The notes beneath the pieces were generated by a model, which made no database searches, was not told the origin of the DNA, and worked only from the letters and a program-made list of their open reading frames with translations. From assembly GCA_001687465.1 (NCBI GenBank), contig LVLI01000590.1:1-41765 (forward strand): 41,765 bases of DNA. Direction: 5' to 3'. The translations under genes and the position numbers were made by a program. The DNA is from Halocafeteria seosinensis. Its lineage: Eukaryota. Positions 8,631-23,379 of the stretch are shown here, one piece after another (the stretch's first letter is position 1; every line of letters starts with the position of its first letter).

Positions 8631-11600
8631 TCAAAGATTGTTCCCCGAAGCCGATGCGGCAAGGTGGCACATACGCTCAAATGAAGCCGGAAACTTCCAA
8701 GCAAACCACTTCTCTTGTTCACCCTCAGTTGCGGTACCATCGTCGCTGCACCGCGCTAGCAGGTGTGTCTTCGTGCTTGAAATAACATTGGTCTGTGCAG
8801 GAGCTCGCACTAATGGAGCCCATACCATACTCTGAGTAGCAGTCCCAGAAGCCTCGCTCTTCGTGGTCGGAAGAAAGAAGGGATCACTAACGCACAGAGT
8901 TTCGTACAGAGGGTGCGTACTACTTCCAGCATGCACACAATCTGCTTGCTTACTCTTTAAAGATTCAGAGGTACGACGGTGCAAACGAAGCTCACGAGGG
9001 GAAGATGACGAGGCCATTCGACATGCGGGCCATATGAAGGAGAAGCTTACTGTTGAAGTATTGTTTTCGTGATTTATCGCAAGCCTTGTGCCTTCGAGAT
9101 ACCTGTTTCTGTCCCGCACAAAGGAATTGAGCGAAAGTTCCAAAGATTCAGAGTCTTTATACTTCTGCAGACGCGGTAACTCTTCCAAGAGAATAACACA
9201 ATTCCCTAGGAAGCTATGTAAGTCCACTTGCTGTCTTAGCGGCTCGATAATCTCATCAGTGCTTCGGGAGGAGCATTCCTGCTTTCTCATGGGTTTTCGT
9301 AAGCATGAAAAGCCCATCAGTGATGTATCTTCACTCCTTGATCCTGAGCGGTGTAGACCGATCCAATCACCTACAACAAATGGCCAACTCAGGAGCGTCA
9401 CTCGGTCGTTTGTGGAATCATGAACCAGGTTGGCATTCTCGACAATAAGCTCAATCACACACTCCAAAGAAGATTCTCTAGCAGTGACATAAAGAGCCTC
9501 AATACTGGATGGCATCTGGACGTTGGAGTGCTGGTTGTTGGATGTGGAAATGGATAGCCCTTTGTGCCGTGGTACTCTCAGCCCGACCGTCGTACTGCTC
9601 GGATCAAGCCCGAGGATAGGGAATCCCGGCATATCCTTGGCGAAAAATGGAAGGGAAAAATACTTGGAGTAAATGCTTTTTTGTTGCACTCCTGTATGTC
9701 GCCAATCCTGCGAATGTTGCCACGTTCCTTCAATTTTTTCCGGCAATGACGTCGACGGATCGCATATACACTGGACAACAGAAGACACATCCGCCTGTAG
9801 TTTCTTGGTGCCAACTCCCACGCTTATTGTCCAAGAAAATATATCTGAAACACCCTCCTGGGTATTTGCTGAAGTAAGCGTTAGGTTGATTCCTTCTACA
9901 GCAAGTTCAGAGCTTGAAGATACGTGCACGCCACATCTACCCATCTTAACCGCTGTCCATGCCGTCTTGCCAATATAGAAACTGGTGCTTTTCAAATGAG
10001 CCGTAGCTGGGAACAATAACCAAACGCTTCCATCCGAAAGCAGTGTAAAGAGCTCGGCGGAGAATCCAGCCGCAGATGAGACAATGCACAGACCACGAGG
10101 AGGCCAACTGAAAGTATCAAGATGTAAGTTGGTGTCACTATCGCAACTACGAGTGAGCGTCTCCAGCAGATCTACTACGCCATCAACAGTGAGATGATTT
10201 TCTACAAACCGGGCAATAGTCGATTCACTACTTCGGGGGACAGGAGTCTGAGTACGAACAGAAATACCGTAAATCGGTAGCGGCCTCCATTGAGGCCTCT
10301 GTTGACTGTCGACGGGAGTTCTAGCATCAGCTGGCCGCAGGTTTGGAAGGATTCCCCATACAAATCGATTCTCAGCTTCAACTACGCCAATGAGTACGGT
10401 ACCAAAGGTTATCAGTTCCTTTATGAGTTCCCCATCCGGGCCACCAAGAGTACAGTTTTGATGCAGCTGGATCCATTCAGATTCTGAGGCACAGCTCTTC
10501 GAGATGAACCAGTCCTCTCGCAAAGCATCAGCGGAGTGATCCTCATCGTTGTGCTGGCCGGTTTCGTTCCTTTGCCGTCGCCACTCCAAAGAGCCGCTTA
10601 TTCGTCCTTGTTGTTCCTCTCGAGAGCGTGCTTTAAGATCTACAGCCACGGAAAGAGAGAGTTGTATTTCTTCTAACATCCGGCGTAACGCGAAAAATCG
10701 TAGCAGGATGATAGGAGCACCCGCACGATCCGCATGCCTATCCAGTGATGATAATGCATACGGAAGGCCCTGGACGTTATCGATGCAACGGAAACGGCCT
10801 TTTACGTGTAAATTAAAACAAAACAGGAAGATTGCCAGCCAGTTTTCTATGGCTTGATCTCTTCGTTTGAGGACTTGATTCCATTTCTTTGTGTACCTGC
10901 GTGTAACATCTACGCATTCGGCTGGACTCACGGCGATAACTGTCCAATGTTGCACATCATATTAACAAAAAACAGTAAAATTTCCGAGTATGGTCACACG
11001 TTTACTACTAACCATAAGTAAGTTTCTTCCCCCATCCGGTTTCGTAAGTCAAGGGAGCGTCTACAGAGTTCTCGCAACTGTCCACATGGACCCATCTCTG
11101 GAAAGCAGCCAGAAACACATGTACTATAATAACATAGGTGAGAGAATACAGTCGATCACTTACCTCAAGCAATGGCAGCCACACCTCGGTCCATACGTGG
11201 TCAGTCCAGTCGCAAATGTATCTAGATTCATAGCCGGCGGCGATACAGCATTGCGTAAAGCAGTTGGCCCATTCACCGCATCTGCAGGGAAGCAACCACT
11301 CCAATGGCATTATTGCAAGGAAAATGAAGATATCCGTTTTCTTCTGCTACCCACCTTCCTTTCCTCCAGTCTAAGAGGGTGGCCGGATGGTTATATCGAG
11401 GGAAGCGCGTAATGGCGGTACAGCTTTTGCACCTATACACCTCGACTATCCCGGCTTTCCCCTCTTGGGTTTCAGGAGCTGACCCTCCGATTGCTACAGT
11501 CTTCCCCTCGCAGGAGCTACAGTTGGGTGAATTTACCCATTTGAAGAAGGAAGTCTTGAACCAACGTGTTATTTCCTTCAGCAAACGGAAGCGGAAGAAG

Positions 11601-12923
11601 AGCGGATATATGTTGACTGTGTCTAGACCAGGTGTGTATCCAATCATATCAGCCTCTTCCCCTTCGTGCAAACGTTCTGAGAGAAAAGATGAGGCGCGAT
11701 GGTAGAGCTCCGGCAACGGCATTTTTGTTAGGGCCTTGTGTTGGATGTAGCTTTCCTCGTAAAGGCTAACCGATGACCTAACAGATTGAATCCTTTTGTG
11801 CATATCGTTGATGGATTGCATCGTGTGAGGAGAATTGTGTGAATTCTGCAGCTTCAACTCTGTCTCCTGCAGGTACGAGGAACTCAAAGAGCGCTGCTGA
11901 TCGAGGAATCTTGACCATAGTACCTGCCTTGCCTCTTCCTGCACCGCAAGAAACATGTTGATGTATACAAGTCCCACATGTGGCATCGCTATGCGTTTTT
12001 GACGGGTAGCATACCATCTCGATCACAAACTCTCCTGATCGCTCCCCGAAAAGGTCCATGATACCTTTGTCTCCATGTTGCTGGGCAAGTTGAGAAACTT
12101 GACACACGAATCCAAAATTCAAAAAGGAATTGTCCTCGTGTACCAGCATCGGAGAAGCATGCAGCGAAGGAGACAAACACGTTGAAGCGCATGCACCGCA
12201 CAGGAGATACGGAGATTTTCTCCCTGCATTATCCATCTCGAATTTATAGACTGGTTGAACTACAGGTGTGCTACCAAAGCGTATCTTAGAGCATTCTTCC
12301 ACGATTGTATCCGCTGCTTGTTGGCATTTCCGCACAAAATCCGTGTCGCTTCCGCTGTTATCACCTTCCTTCGCATCCACAACGAGACCTCTAACAAGTT
12401 CATCATCAACGTCTTTTTTAACTGACGTCGACAGTAGCGGGCGCGTATCGTCAATGATTCCAAAGAAGGAGCGTCTGGAATCCAGTGCAACGATTTCCGG
12501 GTGGTGCAAGAATTTCTCGAAGACTATCGAGGCGAAATGACGCCTCCTGGAAGCCTGGAATTCTTCGTTACCACCATCGGGCAGCGTCAACAAGAAAGAG
12601 TGGCAATGTTTGGCGGGAACTGTCCTGTACAATTCCTTCAAGTAGGCTGCCTCCGCTTCGCCACAGAGAACTGTTTCCTGCGCCATGCCTACAAGACGCA
12701 TGTACTCGACCGGCACATGTGTGACAGAGTAGAGCTGCCATAAGAATATAGTCATCTGTTCTTCCCACTCTTCCAAGAGTGGTCTACAGTCAGTATCGTC
12801 CTGATGGTGCCTTCGTAAGCACTCCACGAGTTCGGGCTCCATCGAGACAGTATGGAGGTATCCTTCATGCCAGACATGCACCTCCAGAGAGGATTGTCCT
12901 TCTCCCTCCGCTGTCGCACTCAT
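8631..12923 (-). CDS. PNG1: Peptide:N-glycanase (PNGase) with long N- and C-terminal extensions
   Basis: [49 protein letters not shown] (Cys-His-Asp triad), [15 protein letters not shown] and [10 protein letters not shown], assembled across short GT-AG introns. Start codon is the first ATG of the upstream ORF. Confidence 0.93.
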
Positions 12924-12943
12924 TTTAGTATTGAGAGGGAATA

Positions 12944-14466
12944 ATGTCAGGGGATGAATCGACGCCGCCTCTGCTCTTACCAAGTCATCTGTTATGGCCT
13001 ACACCGTCGTACCAACAAGCCCAGATAGACTATGAGACTAATGAGAAACAGCACCGTATATTCGGCTGTGAGCTCATTTCGGAAGCCGGTATTTTACTCA
13101 AACTGTACGTGTAGTGGGAGGTACAACCATGGCACTATATATTTAAACAACAGAACGAGCAAGAAGCTGTTTGTGTATGAAATTGGCAGACCTCAGGCGT
13201 GCATAGCCACAGCGGAAACACTCCTGCAGCGCTTTTATTACAGAGTGTCTTTGTCGCAATACGATGTCGTTCATGGTACGTAGGCTCCGTATGCACTCGT
13301 GAAAAAAGCTTGGATTACGGTTGATCGCGGCTGTATACAGCTTCTATGGCGGCACTGTTTCTGGCAGCCAAAGTGGAGGACCAACTGGATGATCACAAGG
13401 AAGGCAGAACCATGAGAATGCGTGATGTGCTGAATGTGTTCTTTCACATCAAGAGGAAGCGATTACGCAAAACAGTGCGCCCATTGTCCCTGGGATGCCG
13501 AGTAAGTAGTTGGGATCAACTGACTACTAGACCAGTGGCGGATGAAGCCAAACAATTATGTTGGCAATTGCAGCTTTACAACCACTGGAAGGACAGACTG
13601 ACAAAGTTAGAAGTTGTAATCCTTAAAGAACTTGGCTTTAGCATGTACAACATCATGGAGCATCCCCACAAATATATCCTGTACTACGTCCGAGTGCGTT
13701 CAGAGAATGTTGCCACTTGCTGTCGCCCGCTGCACACTGCCGTTGTTGTTTACAGGCATTGGAAGGAACGCACGAACTGGCTCGTAATGCATGGGCTTAC
13801 CTAAACGATTCGTTGCGATTGGATCTATGTGTACGATTCCGAGCGGAATCAATAGCATGTGCGGCCATCTACCTCGCCTCTAGGTGCGTACCGCGATGAC
13901 TTCAGTTTTTGTTGGTAACCACAGAAACATTTTTTCCATTGCAGGAAACTTGAACAGCCTTTGCCGATGAATCCTCCGTGGTACAAGGTGTTTAATACAA
14001 GTGATGACGAAATATTTCAAATTAGTGCTGAGGTTTTACAATTATATGAAGAGTAAGTACGACTACGACTCGAAAAGTTATTCTGGCTTTTTTTTTCCGT
14101 ATTTGCACTAAGTACAGGCCTAGGGTTACATGGCTGCCTTCCCTGTGTGAACCTCGGTGTAACTATGATCATATGGAAAAGCTCTACGAAGAGGAAGAGG
14201 ACAACAGGATCGAAGCTGATTTCCAGTTCGACCAGAAAGTCCAAGCCGAGCGAAAAGGGGCTCCTAGCTCTAGTGTGGACCCGCGAGTCGATACTACTGA
14301 GCAGTCCACTGTTGCGGCGACTGATGCAGCATCAAAGTTGACTGTATCGGCAACTCAGGCTAAGGTCAAAGACAAGCTTCCAGAAACGAAGCATAGCACG
14401 ACGGTTGAAGCAGAAAAGCAACCTGTAACTGGTGAGAAGCGCAGAAAGAGACGGAGGTGGAAATGA
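12944..14466 (+). CDS. CCNL: Cyclin L; 6 introns
   Basis: HRIFGCELISEAGILLKLPQACIATAETLLQRFYY, FLAAKVED, LKELGF, EHPHKYI, AWAYLNDSLR and IACAAIYLA. Confidence 0.9.
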
Positions 14467-14507
14467 CGCGAAACAATTGCGTTCCCCATCGAGCATGATG
14501 TGTATGC

Positions 14508-17703
<3,196 letters not shown>

Positions 17704-18011
17704 GCTCAAAAAATAACACTACTGCGTTCATATAATGGCAATACGCAAAATAATACAAAGGTACTCCCGGGGAGTGAATTTCGCCTATTATGATGGCGCA
17801 ACCTGAGTGGATTTTCTCCGTTCACATCAAACCTTCACATTTTAAATGTGCTGATAATACCCCCTTAGACTGGTAGTACAGTCTGGTACCGAACCTGCCA
17901 CAGGTTGAGAACTTGCACGGTACATTTGTACAAGATGCCAAGTGCATTTTTTTACTTTGATTAAGCACAAGAGCTATGCCAGTCTTATGAACTCCTCATG
18001 ACTACATGCCC

Positions 18012-19152
18012 TTAGAAGTAGTGGCCTTTGTTTTGGTAAATCAAAATATCGGTCTCAGCCAGACGCACAAGTCTTTCAGCAGTGCTACTAAAAGACTCCT
18101 TGTGTCCAGCACCCGCTACAAGGATATCAACGTCTCGGTCTCGTATGTATCGGCACATTTCGTCTGAGACGGGATGTCCATGCTCACTGGTGACTTGCTG
18201 GTAACTCAATCGCTTCTGCATCATTTAGGATTAATAAATAACTATGCTGTGATATACAAGTTAGACATAGAAGATACATACATCTTGTTTGTTGCAATCC
18301 CTGTAACGCTTCTTAATATTGAATGCCCTGTACTGAGAACTGATCATGTTCTGTGCGGTTTCGTCTTCCACGTGTAGGATGATAATGTGGTCATCCTCTT
18401 TTGCCACCTTCTGCGTGAACTTCAGTGAGCTCTCGGAGTACTTCGTCCCATCGATAGAAACTACCCAATTAAATGCAGAGGCCGGAGAATCTGGTTCTTC
18501 CTCTATCCTCTTACACACTAACACAGGAAGGAAAGCCTTACGCAGGGCCTGGTCCACCGTACTGCCAGCGACGGAGGAATCAGCCTTGCGGCCCTTTCGG
18601 CCGGTAAACCCCACAACGAGTACGTCAACAGCGTTCTTTGAGTAGTTGACATACTCGCAGAGTGCACTATGGGTTGTTTGGTCCTTAGATTTTTTCTTGA
18701 CTAGCTCGTAATTCCATCGACTTGATGATATCTGTTCAACCAAGGAGCTTTTCACAGAGACAGACAAACAGCATTCTCTAGTATATGCAGTCTTACCGAT
18801 GCAGTTAGACGGGTTGTATAAAAGTTTTCGATGTTGTCGGGATTGACATCTGCAGGAAGCCGTTCATCCAAATCTGCGGATACGGAGTGAACAATGCAAA
18901 GAAATCCTTGCATTCTCAGTCCATGTTGCGGGTTTACTCACCTTTGAACGGATTAGAGATGTGAAGCACGGTTAGGCGATCATTGCTCTTAAGAAGTCTT
19001 AGCGCCCGAGTGAAAGCATAGAGTGATCGCTCCTTTGTGCTGTCTACACCTACACAGACATGTACTGGATGCTCGGATGCTTCGGTACGCGAGAGGGCTC
19101 CAGCCTCAGCAGCTCCCTTGGTGAGCTCATCATGTACTTCTGCTTCTGCCAT
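18012..19152 (-). CDS. Universal stress protein with two USP domains; 3 introns
   Basis: VCVGVDST..SLYAF, LTVLHI, VDVLVVGFTGRKG, GSTVD...PVLVCK. Second domain VVSIDGTKYSE, IILHV, VDILVAG. Confidence 0.85.
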
Positions 19153-19755
19153 CTTTCTTTCTCCACGACCGTATACCTTACTCAGTAGGGATTTGCCTGC
19201 GTATCATCAAGTTAACGACGAGTGTATACCGTTGGGAGCTGGGTCCTACCAGAACCGCCAGCACTGAAGGAGCGTGGTCTAGAGTTGATGGGTTCCGGTA
19301 CATACCTGCTGTATAGTCAATCATGAAGTGTCTCTCGTTTTACGATCGCTGGATTTCTAGAGTATGTGCGACGTCGTGGTTTATCGGCGTTGAAGTTCCC
19401 TGCTTGAACAGTTCAAGTTGAACCTCGGAGGAATCGGACTCCGAGAGTCTGAGAATGCCATTCCCGGGAAATGCTAACTGCTAATAAGAAACCTTTGTAA
19501 GAGGTGCGTTACAGTATCGCAGAATAAGATGTCATATGCTCGTGTGTTGAGTGCGGAGATGTCAAATATGTCGCGCAGACAACTGGATTTTGTGGATTCC
19601 ATTCTTTAGCAGCAATGGTAGCACTTAGAAGCAATGCAAAATAGCTATCACTTTTTCACAATGTTATGACCCTTTCCCATTCTCACACGACACGAGAGGA
19701 CAATAAGGGAATGGGGACTTCGAGAGTTTACATGGGATGGGCCCAACGTTTCTCT

Positions 19756-20874
19756 TTAGGGCCTCTTCTTATTGAATGATGATTGGCCTTTCTCCATGAA
19801 TCTGATTCTTCGCTGCTTCCCTCTCTCTTCAAGATCTACCTTCCCAGTGCGTCGCCGGTCGGCCGTTTCAGGTCCCGTAGCTTCTTGGCTTGCAGACGTT
19901 TCGTTCGAGTGGTGGTACTCTATATGCCTTTGCGGCTGATATTTTTCCATCCGAAACTGACAATAAGCATCAAATTCCCTGAGAAACCGCAAGACGATTT
20001 GCGTTGCCGACTCATCGTCCGCCATTTTCCTTCCAACAGACGGTCTGCACTCTACTTGAATATCGTTTGAGACGAACACGATGTTGTAGCTCAAATTCCC
20101 GAACGCACCTCCTATTTCTCTCTCCTTTCAGCTTCAGGATATTCTCTTCAGCAGTATTATCCTCCGCTAGCATTAACCCGTGTTTCTTGAACAAGAAAAC
20201 AGTGGACGCGTCCAACTCATATCCTCGGAAGCCATACTCCGTTTTGCTCGTGTAGCGCTCGTCAACAAGCAACACGGGAAGAGATACCTGCGTAGACGAG
20301 AGCCATCTACTCGTCTATCACTTGGAATGCAAAGAACGTCTTCGTCGTACTTTTTGCAGCCTTCTTAAGTTTCCCAAGAACTCCACTACCTGGGCACACT
20401 CTTCGGACGGGTCCCCACTTTCGAGCAAAGGCCATCCTACAATCTGCACGCAGCATAATAAACATAGCGAAGTACATCTTTCAGGGCAATGCCATTACTC
20501 ACCAAAGCATCTGTGCTTTTATTCTGTATTAATCTCCGTATTTTTCGTGTCGCCTGTAAGTACTGTGATTCTAACGTGAGGGGGTCATTGTGGCCCTGAA
20601 GGTGGACAGGAAGTATCCGGTACGGCCAAGTAATAGACTGAAAATGTTTATAGGCTTCTGCCGAATACACTTCCGCTTCATCTTCAGATGTACGAACAGA
20701 AGCGGTAGGTTGAATGCCATTTCCAGGGGGGTATAGTTTGCATTGCGCCAGTCCGATTCGCTTAGCTCCCCAATCTATTCCCATCAGCCGGCAAGCTTGG
20801 GGGCGGCCTTCTGTCAGAGATAGCGCGCGGCGAATGACGTACTTGGAGAATTCCGGGAAACTCTTGACTGACAT
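19756..20874 (-). CDS. YqgF/RuvX-family RNase H-fold nuclease; 3 introns
   Basis: LMGIDWGAKRIGLA, DALIVGWPL, VLLVDERYTS and DDESATQIVLRFL after splicing. Confidence 0.85.
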
Positions 20875-21736
20875 AGTTTGCTCTTTTGGTGCCACAGTGC
20901 CATCACTAGCGCATGCATGGCGAGTTTGTCGCAAGTAAGTCACTGGTCTACCAACAGCGGTCCCCCAAGTTCGGCAGCATCTTTTCACACGTAATGCTCA
21001 GGACGTTACAACAAATCATGGCTGGCACACTGGGTTACAATGAGTGTAATACAGTCTGCGTAGTAAAATTATCAACGAATTAGCTTCACAGGTGAGTTGT
21101 GAAGATAATCCTAGACCTTACTGACAGTCTCCAAGTTGCCAGGAGACTCCAACCAGTGGTTGTCAGCGAGAAACGGTACAAATACCGAAGTAGTACCAAT
21201 TAACATAGAGCTCCAAACGATTGGTACGCGCGCTGGCTTGAATCTATGTTGCAACCAAGTGTGTTAATGCCGAAGTGGTCCGTGGCAGCGCTTTACGGCC
21301 ATGAGTGTCGCCAACATGCTATTCTAAGCATGGGCTAACATTGCGGGGTCATAGATGAAAATATTAAAATGTAAAATCAGCACTGCGGCAAAACCGTGCT
21401 GAAGCCGTTGCCAATTTGCCGTTCATTTTTAGCGTGGAATTCTTGTTGAAGCCAGACCACTGCTCGAGAATTTAGTTGCGCACGCAGCAATTGTCATCTT
21501 GACAGTATTGAATATGCATTTTAAGCAATCCAATAAACTTATCATACCAAAATTACTTGTTGGTATTACCGTGGCTCGAAGGAGTTCTATTGGTAATTCT
21601 TCTAAGCATTGGGGATTGGACAAATCATTGGCGAGAAGAATTCCTCTACTTTTTTAGTCAATGTATTGAAGCGTTCTGGAACTACAAGGAGACATAGCTA
21701 CGTATACCAGCTCGAGTTGATAACATTGGTGCAACC

Positions 21737-23379
21737 ATGAACCTGCGGCTGTCTTCATCGAATCTCGAAAACGGGATTTTCGAGAGATTTGAGAACGCGT
21801 TTCGCGGCAAGAATTTCTCAAAACATGAATCACGGGAATCTAAGGAAGAAATGAAGACCAAACTCTACATAAAGCAGCTTTATTGCTCTGAGAGACGTCG
21901 CGAAGTTCTAGAAAAACAGTATGGTCGAGCGTTTTCGCCTAATGAAGATCTCATTTTTGATCGAGAGTACCTGCGTCATAGAGTAGAAATCGTCCGATTT
22001 TGCGGTAAGATCCACAATCCTGAGATACGTCAGAATTCTGTCTACATTCTTCCTCCTTAAAACTGGTTTGCAGTGAAACTAGCAATGATCAGGGAAGAAA
22101 CTGGGGAGATGAATTCGTTGAGAGCACCTTTTGTAGCAATCCAGGTAAGCTATGCGTACTCTTTGAGTTGGTCCGAGAGTAAGAACCTTCCTTTGCAGTA
22201 CCTGGACGATCTCGCCACTGTTCCGGTAAATGGATACAAGAGTCTCATTAGACGCCTCATGGACACAGTTCCTGAAAAGTACTCAGGAGTACGATCGAAA
22301 GAGACATACGTCACCAACGTCCCGTTTTCCATGCTTCTGATCGCCACAACTGCGTTCATTGTTGCTATGTAAGCATGAACTGAGATATTTCCAATTCAAA
22401 TTGCGTTTCAAAGCCGCTTTGACACTCCAGGAAGATTGAGGGTGACTCTAATGAACCAGAACTGGTGGAAAGCATGGCTGTAAGGGCATTGGCCTCTTGG
22501 CCGGAAGCAACTGAAAGCGCAATAGTAGTAAGCAATAACAAACGCAGGTCCGCTAACATGGATGTTTATGACTTCGGTCTTCTCTTCTGCAGCATAGGTA
22601 CATTCGTTGTGTCAGTGCATTCCTCAGTGATTGCGAAGATGGAACGGCCAAGAAGCAAGTCCTGGATGAGATGCTTTCAACTCCGATTAAGAATCCTCCG
22701 AACAATTTCTATCCTCTGGATGAATCGATTTCCAAGGAAGATTGGGTTGATGTTGATTACGTGGGGGAGAAACCGCTTCGCAAATCGCTTAAATCGGAAG
22801 TGCAAGACTACCTGGAGAGTGTATTCGACAGGTACACACATCAAATGACGGTCTTTCGCCGGATCGTTCAAGTCCGAGACGATTTGAAAACGGATATGAT
22901 AAAGCGTGAAGATGAAATTGTCGATACCGTCGTCCACGGCGATTCAGCGACAAATACATTTCGGGCCGCCAGTAAAATTCGCCAAGAAGCGAGGGCAATG
23001 AAGATCAAAGAGATCGAGGTATGTCCTCTTTAGAACTGTTACGTTGTCCTATCCATCCCCTACCCTGCTCGATGCCTTGACTTGTCCCAGACCACTTTTG
23101 TAAAGTTTCTGGGATACAACTTCGACAGAGTCACTTCGGTCGACTTTCTCGCGTGCGCTCTCCGACCAGGTAAGTCCACGTAAACCAAAATACAAGGGCA
23201 ATGAAAACCCATATATCCCACTAAAAGTTCTTAGTGTTCTATCAGATTTCCTTCCCAGGATGATGGTTGCCACTGCTTTGGCCATTCAAGCTGAAATTAC
23301 ACTCCCTGCTTTAGATATCCCATCGGAGCTTGCCAATGCTGCAATGGACAAATTAAGTGGAGGGGCAGCAGAGGTCTAG
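21737..23379 (+). CDS. Divergent cyclin-box protein; about 6 introns
   Basis: Spliced product reads EYLRHRVEIVRF...FVAIQYLDDL...LLIATTAFIVAMKIEG...IKEIETTFVKFLGYNFDRVTSVDFL, matching cyclin N-box helices 1, 2, 3 and 5. Confidence 0.65.

Noticed and set aside
17786..17859. Box C/D snoRNA candidate (ATGATGG...CTGA with TATTA/TAATA ends)
   Set aside because: Box C is imperfect, the stem register does not fit a k-turn, and the would-be guide is a self-complementary hairpin with no rRNA match I recognise.
20990..21730. tRNA or snRNA genes in the larger intergenic gaps
   Set aside because: No cloverleaf with a T-loop and no U1, U2, U5 or U6 signature sequence was found by eye.
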